Part shown: positions 1 through 10,093 of the stretch, in pieces
Layout: each line of letters begins with the position of its first letter
Numbering within the stretch: position 1 is the first letter of the stretch
Assembly: GCA_964291625.2 (NCBI GenBank)
Contig: OZ220089.1
Location: 1,536,001 to 1,600,000 of the forward strand
DNA: 64,000 nucleotides
Reading direction: 5' to 3'
DNA from: Candidatus Latescibacterota bacterium
GTDB lineage: Bacteria > Latescibacterota > UBA2968 > UBA8231
The notes under the pieces: model-generated
Databases searched by the model: none
Seen by the model: the letters and a program-made list of their open reading frames with translations, nothing else
Told to the model about the DNA's origin: nothing
Made by a program: the position numbers and the translations under genes

Positions 1-20
1 GTCGAACGCCGCCATGGCCC

Positions 21-790
21 GTGGCTGACGCAACAAGAGGCTGCTTGCCCGAGTGTGAGCGCCTCCTGCCCGCGCGTCCATCGCGCTCGCGCACGGTCGA
101 GACGCTGCTCGGGCCGGTGACCTTGGAGCGTCCCTATTTCTACTGCCCGGCCTGTCACCACGGGTTCTATCCGCTGGACGAGGCCTTGGCCCTGTCGGGG
201 CACCGCAAGCAGGGGGACGTGCAGCAGGCCGGGGTCAAGCTGGTGCTGGAGATGTCCCACCAGCGCGCCTCGAAGCTGTTGGACGAGCTCACGGACGCGT
301 CGGTGAGCGACAGTGTGATTCACGGGTGCTGCAACAGACCGGGGCGTTGGACGTGCTGCAGGTGTGTCCGGACGCGGCCGACATCCAGGATCGCATTGCG
401 CAAGCGGCCGCCGGCCGCAAGTGGCGGCCGATCGTGGTGTTGGCCATCGACGCGGCCGACGTGCCCAGTCGTCCCGAAACCGCCAAAGGGACGCGTCCCG
501 GGCGCAAGAAGAGCCGGGCCCGGCGAAAGCGCTGGCAGGGGGAATACCGCGAGGCCAAGGGGTTTCGCTTCTACCTAGTCGACGAAGTGACCCTGGCCCG
601 CCTGTTCTGCGGCGAGGCGACGGGCGTGGTCTGGGGTCTGCAGCGCATGCAGCCGGTCTCGGACGAGGCCGAAGAGGCGATCGGAACGGCCCTGACGTAC
701 CTGCACAAGCGGCTGCACCAAGCCCTGGCGATCAGCGATTCAGTGGAGCGGAGGTGCGGTTGGAGCTGGAGAGGCGGGGCCACCCGCTGG
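21..790 (+). pseudogene. ISKra4/UPF0236-type transposase relic (frameshifted, internally deleted)
   Basis: Frame 1 gives CPxC..RTVETLLGPVTLERPYFYCPACHHGFYPLD. A shifted frame gives VLAIDAADVP..GEYREAKGFRFY, then jumps to C-terminal-like sequence. The central DGxxWIW/LDFYH block is missing. Confidence 0.75.
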
Positions 791-879
791 AGTCACGGCA
801 GGGGGCGGTCTCGTCGCCGGTGATGGTGCGGGCGGAGGAGGCGGAAGGATTCCTGGCCGCCGGCGACCCCGGGGCGGGA

Positions 880-2115
880 TCAGCGCTCCAGCACCATCCC
901 CTCGCGCTCGATGCGCTCGAACATCGCCCGGTACTCCGGCGAGCCGTCGTCGTCCCAGTAGTCGGTCTCGATGGGGGCGTCGTAGCTCATGGGGATCAGC
1001 CGCCGACGGTCGGGGCGCACCATGAAGATCGACTCGGCGGGATCGGCGATGTTGTACATGCGGGCGCCGTTGGCAAAGCGGGAGCGGACGATCCACTTCG
1101 GCTGCTCGGGCAGCTCGAGCCCCTTCAGGCGCTCCAGGGCGCCGCGGTCCAGGGTGACGCCGAGGCCCGGCTTCTCGGGCACCCGCAGGAACCCGTTCAC
1201 CGGCTGCGACCGCTCGTGGACCACGTCGTCGGCCCAGGTCTCGCAGTCGCTGAAGAAGTGGAAGCTGGCCGTGGGGAAGGCGGCCATCATGTGGCAGGTC
1301 ATGGCCCGGGTGATGTCGCCGCCCACGTTCTGCAGCATGAAGGGGATGCCGCCGGCGGCGAAGAGCCCGGCCCGGCGCGCGGCGTCGCCGATGCGGGAGT
1401 GGCCGAGCATGTAGGCGTCGGCGGCGCCCATGAGGACCTCGTAGGTCGCCCCCAGGGGACAGTGGTGGAGGACCACCGGCAGGGGGCTGCGCTTGCGCAG
1501 CTCGATGTAGCCGGGCAGGTCCTCGGCGGGCAGGGCGTCCTCGAAGCAGCCGGCGATCGGATAGCGGGCCAGCTTCGTCAGGAGGGTGAACATGTGGTCG
1601 TCGGTGCCGTGCATGGTGAAGTCGTAGTGGACCCGGAACCCCTTGGGCGCCGCCGCCTGCATCGCCTCGGTCTGGTCGATGACGTTCTCGAAGGGGGAGA
1701 GGTGGTACTTCAGCCACGTGTAGCCCTGCGCCGAGTACTGGCGCACGGCCTCGGCCATGCGGTCGGGATGGGTGGAGACCGTCCAGCTGCCCACCGGCAC
1801 CCACGACCGGTGCTTCTGGCCGAAGAGCTTGTAGACCGGCACCCCCGCGGCCTGCCCCATCAGGTCGTACATCGCCGTGCCCAGCCCGAGGGAGACCTCG
1901 TCGCCCACGTGGTCGAAGGGGCTGGTGCCGATGTAGCGGTCCACCGTCTCCTGCGGCTCGGTGGAGCCGCTCTCCCCCAGGCCGGTGAGACCGTCGTCGG
2001 TGTGGGCCACGTAGATCGTCCGCCGCGTCGGCCCGTAGTAGTGGTTGAGCTGGTAGCTGATCCAGTCGACGTACGGAAGGGTGATCTGGTGGACCTCGAT
2101 CTCCGTGACCTTCAT
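880..2115 (-). CDS. mandelate racemase/muconate lactonizing (enolase superfamily) enzyme
   Basis: GLTGLGE, AMYDLMGQAAGVPVYKLFG, KYH, EDAL, VPEKPGLGV motifs. Confidence 0.85.
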   Translation of the reverse strand: MKVTEIEVHQITLPYVDWISYQLNHYYGPTRRTIYVAHTDDGLTGLGESGSTEPQETVDRYIGTSPFDHVGDEVSLGLGTAMYDLMGQAAGVPVYKLFGQKHRSWVPVGSWTVSTHPDRMAEAVRQYSAQGYTWLKYHLSPFENVIDQTEAMQAAAPKGFRVHYDFTMHGTDDHMFTLLTKLARYPIAGCFEDALPAEDLPGYIELRKRSPLPVVLHHCPLGATYEVLMGAADAYMLGHSRIGDAARRAGLFAAGGIPFMLQNVGGDITRAMTCHMMAAFPTASFHFFSDCETWADDVVHERSQPVNGFLRVPEKPGLGVTLDRGALERLKGLELPEQPKWIVRSRFANGARMYNIADPAESIFMVRPDRRRLIPMSYDAPIETDYWDDDGSPEYRAMFERIEREGMVLER

Positions 2116-3116
2116 GGCTGTCCCCAGGTGAGCAGGACGCCGAGGGCCTTGTCCCGCTCATCGCGCAGGAGCCGGTAGGCCTCGGCGGCCTCGGTGCAAG
2201 GCAGGCGGTGGGTGGTCAGACCGGCCACGTCCAGCTCGCCGCGCTCGATCATCTTCAGCACCTGGCGGCGGTTGTACTGCTGGGTCCAGGGCCAGGCCGG
2301 CGTCGCCGTGGTGGGGCACTTCGGCTGGTGGCAGCCCACCAGGGTCAGCTCCTTCTGGTGGAAGTCCATGAAGTCAACCTCCACCTTGCGGTGCCAGATC
2401 GACCCGAGGGCCATGATGCGGCCCCCGATGCGGGCCATGTCGAAGAGCACCGGCAGGATGTCGGGATAGCCCGAGGCCTCGATGGCGATGTCGAGTCCCC
2501 GGTCCCCGGTGACGGCGGCGACGCGGGAGGGCAGGTCGTCGCCGGCCAGGAGGGTGTGGGTGGCGCCCGAGGCGGCGGCGGTCTGAAGGCGGGCGGCGCT
2601 CAGATCGACGGCGATGAGCAGCTCGCACCCCGTGCACGCCGCCAGCTGCAGGGCGAGCTGGCCCACCAGGCCCATGCCGGTGATGGCGGCGAACTCCCCC
2701 AACTCCAGGCGCGCCTTGCGGACCCCGTGCATGGAGACGCTGCCCAGGACCCCGTAGGCGCCGTCGTCGAAGGAGACGCCCTCCGGCAGCTTCGCCAGCG
2801 ACCGCGGCTCGGTGGAGACGGTGACGTGACTCGCGTGGTGGCCCAGGGAGAGGACCCGGTCGCCGACGGCGTACTCGCCGGAGTCGTCGCCGAGGGCGAG
2901 GACGCGGCCGGTGTTGGAGTATCCGGGGATGTAGTCCCGGGTGCGTTGCTGCTCCTGGCTGCCGAGCTCGGTGCCGGCGCTGATGAGGGTGCGGACGGTC
3001 TCGACGAGCGCCTGGCCCGGGCCGGGCGGCGCGATCTCGAAGGGCTCGGTGCCGATCCCGCCGTCGGGGCGGACGACGACGCGGTGGCCTCTGGAGGGGA
3101 TGGGGTTGTCTGGCAT
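2112..3116 (-). CDS. zinc-binding alcohol dehydrogenase-like (MDR) oxidoreductase
   Basis: LISAGTE, PGYS, GMGLVG Rossmann motif, IEASG; start taken at MPDNP; 4-nt overlap with the next gene. Confidence 0.85.
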   Translation of the reverse strand: MPDNPIPSRGHRVVVRPDGGIGTEPFEIAPPGPGQALVETVRTLISAGTELGSQEQQRTRDYIPGYSNTGRVLALGDDSGEYAVGDRVLSLGHHASHVTVSTEPRSLAKLPEGVSFDDGAYGVLGSVSMHGVRKARLELGEFAAITGMGLVGQLALQLAACTGCELLIAVDLSAARLQTAAASGATHTLLAGDDLPSRVAAVTGDRGLDIAIEASGYPDILPVLFDMARIGGRIMALGSIWHRKVEVDFMDFHQKELTLVGCHQPKCPTTATPAWPWTQQYNRRQVLKMIERGELDVAGLTTHRLPCTEAAEAYRLLRDERDKALGVLLTWGQP

Positions 3117-3208
3117 GGGGTCCAGGGATGAGGCGAGGGCACGTCGGCCGGTGGCGCAGGTCCAGGGCAGGCCACTACCATAGCCCGCTCCGCACCCCCG
3201 CGCCAAGG

Positions 3209-5488
3209 ATGAGGAGACCCGTCCCGCCCATGGTCCGAGACCAGTCCACTTCGCGCCCCGACCCCGCTCCCGGGGGGACTGCCTCTGGCGGAGCGACCGC
3301 CTCGCCGGCGGGGAGGATCCTGCCGACGGCGGCCCCGGGCCGGGGGCCGCGGCTCCCCTCCCTCCCGGCGCTCCTCTTGCTGCCACCGACGGCCGCCCTC
3401 GCCGCCGAGCCCGAGCCCCCCGACTCAGCGCAGTACACGGCGCCGCCGGTGGTGGTGACCGCGGTCCGGGAGGCGGCCCCCCTGGAGCGCCTGCCGCTGG
3501 CGGTCTCCGCCGTCGGGCAGGACCGCTTCGCGCCCGGTGAGAAGTCGCTCTCCCTAACCGAGGCCCTGCGCCAGGTGCCGGGGCTGCACGTGGCCGAGCG
3601 CAACAACCCGTCCCAGGGGCCGCGGCTGATGGCGCGCGGCCTGGGAGCGAGGGCCGCCTTCGGGGTGCGCGGCGTCAAGGTCCTGCTCGACGGGGTGCCC
3701 CTGACCACCCCCGACGGCCAGACCCAGCTCGGCAACATCGACCTGGCCGCGGCCGGCCGGGTGGAGGTCCTGCGGGGACCCAACTCGAGCCTCTACGGGA
3801 ACGCCGGCGGCGGCGTGGTCTCCGTCCACACACGCCACCCCGAGGCGGCGGGCGTGCGGGTGAAGCCGCGCCTCGTTGCCGGCAGCGACGGCCTGTGGCT
3901 GCGCCAGGCCACCCTCACCGGGGGCGGACGCCACTCCTTCCACCTGTCGGCGCGGCAGCTGGACCTCGACGGCTACCGCGACCACTCCGAGGCGCGGGTG
4001 CGGGGGCTGAACGCGGTGGTGCGCTCGCGCCTGCGTCCGTCCTGGGAGCTGGTGTGGGTGGTCAACCTCTACGACGCGCCGTACCTGCTCAACCCGAGTT
4101 CCCTGATCCGGGGGGACGCGCGCGACCGGCCGCGCTTCGCCCGCGGATTCATCGTCCGGCAGGGGGCCTCCAAGGAGGCGCGGCAGAGCCAGGGCGGGAT
4201 CACCCTGCGCCACACCGGCGGAAACGGGCGGACCGAGCTGACCCTCTACGGGGTCGACCGCGGCCTGCTGAACCCGATCCCCGGGGCGGTGATCGACCTG
4301 GAGCGCCGCGCCGGCGGCCTGCGGGCCGTGCACGGGCGGACCCTGCGCCTGGCGGGCCTGCCGGGCAGCTGGAAGGCGGGGGTGGACCTGGAGGCCCAGC
4401 GGGACGACCGCCGCGAGCACGGGAACGAGGGCCTCGCCGACCCGGACACGGACCCCGCCCGGGTGCCGGAGAGCGTCGCCCTCGGGGCCCTGCTGCAGGA
4501 CCAGGAGGAGTCGGTGGGCAGCGCCGGCGCCTTCGCCGCCCTCGCCCTGCATCCGCGGCCGGGCTGGACCCTCAGCCTGGGGGGCCGCCTGGACCGCTAC
4601 GGCTTCGAGGTCTCCGACCGCCTCCTGGACGACGGCGACGACTCCGGCACCCGCAGCCTCTCCCAGTTCAGCCCCTCCGCCGGCCTCGGCTGGCAGCTTA
4701 CGCCGCGGAATCTGCTCTACGCCTCGTACGGGACCGCCTTCCAGACGCCGACCACCGTGGAGCTGGGCAACCGGCCCGACGGCGGCGGCGGCTTCAACCC
4801 CGACCTCGACCCGGAGAGCGTGTCCAGCTTCGAAGTCGGCCTGCGGGGGAGCGACCGCTCCGGACGCCTGACCTGGGACGCCGCCGTGTACCGGCTGGCG
4901 GTGGACGGCATGCTGATCCCCTTCCAGGTGGAGGACCCGGCGAGCGAGGCCGTGTACTACCGCAACGCCGGGCGCACTTCCAGCCGCGGCCTGGAGGCGG
5001 CCCTGGGCGCCCGCCGCGGCGCCTGGCGCGCCGATCTCTCCTATACCTTCATGGACTTCCGCTTCGACGACTACGTGATCCGCTCCGGCGAGGAGCCCGT
5101 GCAGCTCTCCGGCCACCGGGTCCCCGGCCTGCCGCCGCACCGGCTGCTGCTCGACGCCGCCGGCGACCTGCCCCTCGGACTGCGCGCCGAGATCGAGACC
5201 GAGTGGGTGGCCGGGTACTACGCCAACGACCACAACGGACCGCCGCCCGGAAGCGCCGCCGCCCCGAGCGACTTCCGCAACGACACCTACGCCGTCACCG
5301 GCCTGCGCCTCACCGCCCCCCTCACCCTCGGCTTCGGGGGCGTGCGCCTCTTCACCGGCATCGACAACCTCCTCGACGCCGCGTACAACGGCTCCATCAC
5401 CCCCAACGCCTTCGGCAGCCGCTTCTTCGAGCCCGCCCCCGGACGCACCTGGTACGCCGGGCTCGAGGCGGACCTCGGCCCACCCTGA
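3209..5488 (+). CDS. TonB-dependent receptor
   Basis: VVVTA TonB-box-like, plug VEVLRGPNSSLYG..GGVV, C-terminal IDNLLD..PGRTWYAGL; start codon uncertain. Confidence 0.9.
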   Translation: MRRPVPPMVRDQSTSRPDPAPGGTASGGATASPAGRILPTAAPGRGPRLPSLPALLLLPPTAALAAEPEPPDSAQYTAPPVVVTAVREAAPLERLPLAVSAVGQDRFAPGEKSLSLTEALRQVPGLHVAERNNPSQGPRLMARGLGARAAFGVRGVKVLLDGVPLTTPDGQTQLGNIDLAAAGRVEVLRGPNSSLYGNAGGGVVSVHTRHPEAAGVRVKPRLVAGSDGLWLRQATLTGGGRHSFHLSARQLDLDGYRDHSEARVRGLNAVVRSRLRPSWELVWVVNLYDAPYLLNPSSLIRGDARDRPRFARGFIVRQGASKEARQSQGGITLRHTGGNGRTELTLYGVDRGLLNPIPGAVIDLERRAGGLRAVHGRTLRLAGLPGSWKAGVDLEAQRDDRREHGNEGLADPDTDPARVPESVALGALLQDQEESVGSAGAFAALALHPRPGWTLSLGGRLDRYGFEVSDRLLDDGDDSGTRSLSQFSPSAGLGWQLTPRNLLYASYGTAFQTPTTVELGNRPDGGGGFNPDLDPESVSSFEVGLRGSDRSGRLTWDAAVYRLAVDGMLIPFQVEDPASEAVYYRNAGRTSSRGLEAALGARRGAWRADLSYTFMDFRFDDYVIRSGEEPVQLSGHRVPGLPPHRLLLDAAGDLPLGLRAEIETEWVAGYYANDHNGPPPGSAAAPSDFRNDTYAVTGLRLTAPLTLGFGGVRLFTGIDNLLDAAYNGSITPNAFGSRFFEPAPGRTWYAGLEADLGPP

Positions 5489-5502
5489 AAGGAGTTTCGC
5501 CC

Positions 5503-7098
5503 GTGTTGATCGGATACGTCAGCGACGAGCGCTACGTCGCCGTCCCCGACGTCCTCTTCGAGTTCGAGAACGAGAGCGGCCGCGTCGTGGAGTCGCGGTC
5601 GAGCATCACCGGCGCCGTGCGCGCCGACCTGGAGCCGGGGCGCTGGAACGTCGCCCTCGGCCGGGACGGCTACGGCGCCAAGCGCACCACCCTGGAGCTG
5701 CCGCTGGCCGAGCCCCACCACTTCCGGCTGCTGCGGGACCAGCTGATCGGCTACATGTGGCCCAAGTGGGTCCGCTCCGGGGAGAGGTCCGAGTTCCGCG
5801 TCCACTCCGACGAGGCCTACAAGCTGGAGCTGTGGCGCTACGGCTGGGAGAAGGAGCTGATCCGTACCATCGGCTGGTACGACGAGCACGGCCCGCGGGC
5901 GACGGTGCAGATCACCCCCGACGGCGACTACACGCAGACGGGGGTGCAGTTCAACCACCGGGGATACGCCCGCAGCGCCCACAAGCAGTTCCTCACCGCC
6001 CCAAACCGCTCCGGCCTCTACTACCTGCACGCCAAGGGCGAGTCCGGGGCCTTCTTCTCCTTCCCCTGGCTGGTGGCTCCCGACCGCCCGCGGGCCCCGC
6101 TGGCGGTCCTGGCGGCCAACATCAACTGGAACTGCTACAACAACTTCGGGGGCCGCTCGAACTACATCCACGCCGACGGCCTGACGCCGTCGCCGGCGAT
6201 GAACGCGCGCCTGGAGCTGCTGCGCTACACCGACCCCGACCACATGCTCTTCGCCGCCGACCACTACCCGCCGCTGTCCTTCGACCGCCCCGAGCCGATC
6301 AACCACATCGACGAGCACGAACGCATCACCGACCCCATCGAGGGGCGCAGCAACTGCCACGTGGCGCCGGCGGAGTGGCGGTTCTTCGGCTGGCTCGACC
6401 GCGAGGGCTACGACTACGACCTCTACGCCGAGACCCAGCTCCACGACGGCAGCCTCGACCTGGGCCAGTACCGGGCCCTGGCGGTGAGCGCCCACCCCGA
6501 GTACTGGTCGGCGAAGATGTACTTCGCGCTGAAGGAGTGGGTCTTCGAGGGCGGCGGGAAGCTGCTCTACCTCGGCGGCAACGGCCTCAACTGCGAGGTG
6601 GAGTTCCTCGACGACACGACGATCACCGTCCACAACGGGCCCTACGGCGGCGGCTTCTTCCACCTGCAGAAGATCGGCTACGAGAGCCGCTTCCATCTGC
6701 GCCACGAGTCGGAGGCCAACCTCCTCGGCGTGACCTGCTCGGAGACCGGGATCATGACCGGCGCCCCGTACCGCGTCATCGAGCCCGGCCACTGGATCTT
6801 CGAGAACACGGGCCTGCGCCAGGGCGACCTCTTCGGCGAGGAGTGCCTGCACATGCGCTGCCCCGGCGGCGCCTCCGGCCACGAGACCGACAAGGTCTCG
6901 GCCAGCTCCCCGGCCAACGCCAAGCCCCTGGCCAAGGGCCTCAACCCCGACGACGGCGGCGCCGAGATCGTCTGCTTCGACACCCCCTCCGGCGGCCACG
7001 TGTTCTCGGTGGGCTCGATCTCGTGGCCGGCGTCGCTGCCCGTGGACGAGCAGGTCTCGCGCATCACCCGCAACGTGCTGCAGCGGTTCCTGGCCTGA
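5503..7098 (+). CDS. N,N-dimethylformamidase large-subunit-like protein (DUF6605 type)
   Basis: GTG start after GGAG; SGLYYLH, YNNFGGRSNY, SFDRP, HPEYWS, YLGGNG, GHETDK, VFSVGSI motifs. Confidence 0.75.
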   Translation: MLIGYVSDERYVAVPDVLFEFENESGRVVESRSSITGAVRADLEPGRWNVALGRDGYGAKRTTLELPLAEPHHFRLLRDQLIGYMWPKWVRSGERSEFRVHSDEAYKLELWRYGWEKELIRTIGWYDEHGPRATVQITPDGDYTQTGVQFNHRGYARSAHKQFLTAPNRSGLYYLHAKGESGAFFSFPWLVAPDRPRAPLAVLAANINWNCYNNFGGRSNYIHADGLTPSPAMNARLELLRYTDPDHMLFAADHYPPLSFDRPEPINHIDEHERITDPIEGRSNCHVAPAEWRFFGWLDREGYDYDLYAETQLHDGSLDLGQYRALAVSAHPEYWSAKMYFALKEWVFEGGGKLLYLGGNGLNCEVEFLDDTTITVHNGPYGGGFFHLQKIGYESRFHLRHESEANLLGVTCSETGIMTGAPYRVIEPGHWIFENTGLRQGDLFGEECLHMRCPGGASGHETDKVSASSPANAKPLAKGLNPDDGGAEIVCFDTPSGGHVFSVGSISWPASLPVDEQVSRITRNVLQRFLA

Positions 7099-7154
7099 GC
7101 GGGACCGGCGCCCGGGACCGGCGGGCCGGGGCCGGAGGTTTTCTCGCGAGGGTC

Positions 7155-7180
7155 TAAACCTCCGGCCCTCCGGCTTCGTC
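7155..7180 (+). promoter_or_regulatory. putative ECF-sigma autoregulatory promoter (TAAAC-N17-CGTC)
   Basis: AAC/CGT pattern typical of ECF promoters, directly upstream of an ECF sigma gene. Confidence 0.5.
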
Positions 7181-7226
7181 AAACCTGTCGAGAAACAACA
7201 AACCTCGACAGCGGAGCCGGTCGCCG

Positions 7227-7805
7227 ATGCCAGCCGCACTCGCCCTCGAGGCGAGCCTCCCGAAGAGGGGCCCCTTGCCCGCCGACCCACAGCAAGCCGA
7301 GCGCGAGACCATCGCCGCCTGCCGGCGGGGAGACCTGGGCGCCTACGAACGGGTCTTCCGCGACCATCAGCGGCGCCTCCTCGGCGTGGCCGCGCGCATG
7401 CTCGGCGACCCTGCCGATGCCGAGGACGCCGTGCAGACCGCCTTCGTCCGCCTCTACCGGAGCATCGGCCGCTTCCGCGGCGAGGCCGGCCTCGGCACCT
7501 GGCTCATGCGCATCCTGATCAACGTCTGCCACGACATGCTGAGGGCGCGGAAGCGCCGTTTCGAGCTCCGGCCCGCCGAGCCCGCTCCCGGGCCCGGACC
7601 GGACCTGCGGCTGCAGCTGCAGGAGGCGATCCTCTCCCTGCCGGAGCGCATGCGCGCCTGCTTCGTGCTGTATGCCGTGGAGGGCTTCCCCCAGAAGGAG
7701 ATCGCCGAGATGCTCCGGATCCGCGAGGGCACCGTGAAGGCCCAGGTCTTCCAGGCCAAGGAGCGCCTGCGGGCCATCCTGACCGACGAGGAGGATTCGC
7801 CATGA
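7227..7805 (+). CDS. ECF-family RNA polymerase sigma factor
   Basis: DAEDAVQTAF..FRGEAGLGTWL region 2; LPERMR..EIAEML..GTVK region 4. Confidence 0.92.
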   Translation: MPAALALEASLPKRGPLPADPQQAERETIAACRRGDLGAYERVFRDHQRRLLGVAARMLGDPADAEDAVQTAFVRLYRSIGRFRGEAGLGTWLMRILINVCHDMLRARKRRFELRPAEPAPGPGPDLRLQLQEAILSLPERMRACFVLYAVEGFPQKEIAEMLRIREGTVKAQVFQAKERLRAILTDEEDSP

Positions 7806-8416
7806 GCTGCGACCGCTACCGCGAGCGCGAGACGGGACGCCTGGAGGAAGAGGCCTTCCAGGCCCACCTGAAGGACTGCGACATCTGCCGGGAGCGCCTG
7901 CGCCAGGACGAGGTCATCGACGAGCTGGCCGCCAACCTCCCGGAAGTGACCGAGCCCCCCTTTCTGTGGGAGCGCGTCGAGGGGGCCCTCCGCGCCGAGC
8001 AGCGGCGCGCCCGGCGGCGCACGTGGGTCTACCGGGCCGCCGCCGTCCTCGTGGTCAGCCTCGGGCTGGGGGCGTTGATGCAGCAGGGGAGCGGCATCCC
8101 CGAGCCGGCCACCGGCCTCTACACGGCCGAGGCCCTGGAGAAGGTCCGCGACCGGGAGCGGGAGTACGCCGCCGCCATCGAGGAGCTGGAGGAGATCGCC
8201 GGCGAGCGCATGGAGCGCATGGCTGCTGGCCCTGCGGGAGACGCGGAGCTGGCCTTCCTCTACCGCGACAAGATCGCCACCATCGACACCCAGATCGACC
8301 GCTGCCTGCGGGCCCTGAGCGGCAACCCGGCCAACACCCACATCCGCCGCTACCTGCTGCTGGCCCTGCGGGACAAGAGAGAGACCCTCGAAGAGATCGT
8401 GCAGCTCGAGCTGTAA
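7802..8416 (+). CDS. zinc-finger anti-sigma factor
   Basis: HLKDCDIC (HxxxCxxC) motif, one TM helix, ATGA overlap with the sigma gene. Confidence 0.85.
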   Translation: MSCDRYRERETGRLEEEAFQAHLKDCDICRERLRQDEVIDELAANLPEVTEPPFLWERVEGALRAEQRRARRRTWVYRAAAVLVVSLGLGALMQQGSGIPEPATGLYTAEALEKVRDREREYAAAIEELEEIAGERMERMAAGPAGDAELAFLYRDKIATIDTQIDRCLRALSGNPANTHIRRYLLLALRDKRETLEEIVQLEL

Positions 8417-8430
8417 AGGGAGGAACCGTC

Positions 8431-10082
8431 ATGATCACTCGAACCGCCGCGCTGCTGTCCCTGGCCCTGCTGGCCGTCCCCCTTCCCGGAAAGGCGGACT
8501 CCCTCGATATCGCCGTGGGCGGCGTCGGCCTGAGCCTGGGCAACTCCAGCCGCATCACCGGGGTGCGGGTGAACCTCGTCGACCACGAGGTGCGCCGCGT
8601 CACCGGCGTCAACCTGACCCTGTGGAAGGCCCGCCGGAACCCCGACGCCCTGGTCCGCGGTGTCGCCGTCGGCCTCGTGGGCCCGTACGCCCACCGCCTC
8701 GAAGGCATCGCCGTCGGCGGGCTGTTCGCCATCACCGAGCAGGACCTCCGCGGCATCGCCGTGGGCGGCCTCGGCGTCGACGCCGGCCGCGACATCCACG
8801 GGATCGGGGTCGGCCTCGGCGGCGTGGTCGCCGTCCGCCACCTGAGGGGGATCGCCCTGGCCGGCGCCCGCGCCGGCGCCCGCGGCGACGTGCACGGGGC
8901 GGCGGTCACCCCGGGTCTGGCCTCGGCCGGGGGCAAGGCCCGGGGGGTCCTCGCCGGGGGGCTGGTCGCCCGGGCCAGGGAGGAAGCCAGCGGCGCCCTG
9001 CTCTCCGCGGGCGGGGCCTGGACCGGAGGCGACGGCAGGGGCCTGATCCTCGGGGGGCTCGGCGCCGGCATCGGCGGCGACTTGGGGGGGATCCTCGCCG
9101 GAGGGCTGGGGGCGGGGGCGGGTCACGACGCCCGCGGCATCATCCTCGGCGGCTTCGGCGCCGGGGCCGGGCACGACCTGGAAGCCGGCGCCGTGGTCGG
9201 CCTGGTCGGCGCCGGCGTCGGCCACGACGCCCGCGGGATCGTCCTCGGGGGTGTCGGCGCGGGCGCGGGACATGACGTGACCGGGATCGTCGGCGGGGGG
9301 CTGGGCGCAGGCGCGGGACACAACGGCCGCGGACTCGTGGTCGGCGGTTTCGGCGCGGCGTCGGACACGACCTCACGGGAGTGGCCGCGGGCGGCCTCGG
9401 CGCGGGGGTCGGACACGACCTGCAAGGGGGCGCCGTGATCGGCCTGGTCGGCGCCGGCGTCGGACGCCATGCCCGCGGCATCGTCCTCGGGGGGGCCGGC
9501 GCCAGCGTCGGGAGCGACCTGAGGGGGATCCTCGGCGGCGGACTCGGCGCCGGAGCCGGACACGACGCCCGCGGCCTGGTCTTCGGCGGTCTCGGCGCCG
9601 GGGTGGGCCACGACCTCACGGGGATCCTCGCCGGGGGTCTGGTCACGGGCGTGGGCCACGACCTGCGCGGCGCCGCCGGCTCCGCCGGCGTCGTCGCCGC
9701 GGGGCATGACCTGACCGGTATCGCCGTCGGCGGGTTGGGCGTCGTCGCCGGCGGCTCGGGCCGGGGGATCCTCCTCAGCCTCGTCGGGGTCGGCGCCGGC
9801 GAGGGGCTGAGCGGCCTCATCGCCGGCGGGGTCACCGCCTTCGCGCCGAGTGTGCGCGGGCTCTCCGTGAGCGCCGCCAACGGCATCTCCGTGGGAGGCC
9901 GTCACCTGCCCGGCGGCTCCGGCCGCTGGTTCGAGCCCGTCAACGAACGCTTCACCGGCCTGTCCGTCGGACTGGTCAACTACAGCCGCCAGCTGAAGGG
10001 GGTGCAGGTCGGGGTGCTCAACTACGCCGGCAACAACCCCCGCTGGGCCCGGCTGCTGCCCCTCGTCAACGCGAACCTGTAG
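8431..10082 (+). pseudogene. secreted glycine-rich repeat protein, single frameshift near 9357
   Basis: Signal peptide; about 16-aa GxxxGGxGAGxGHD repeats; C-terminal GLSVGLVNY..GVQVGVLNY..LLPLVN; one base is missing relative to neighbouring repeats. Confidence 0.7.
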
Positions 10083-10093
10083 AGGAGGAACCC

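Noticed and set aside
364-2178. Long antisense/alternative-frame ORFs (also 3554-5233, 5287-7290, 42277-44322, 56466-58433, 61451-63427)
   Set aside because: Shadow ORFs expected in high-GC DNA opposite well-supported genes
9030-9730. CRISPR-like periodic repeats
   Set aside because: In-frame coding Gly-rich repeats with no unique spacers and no cas genes
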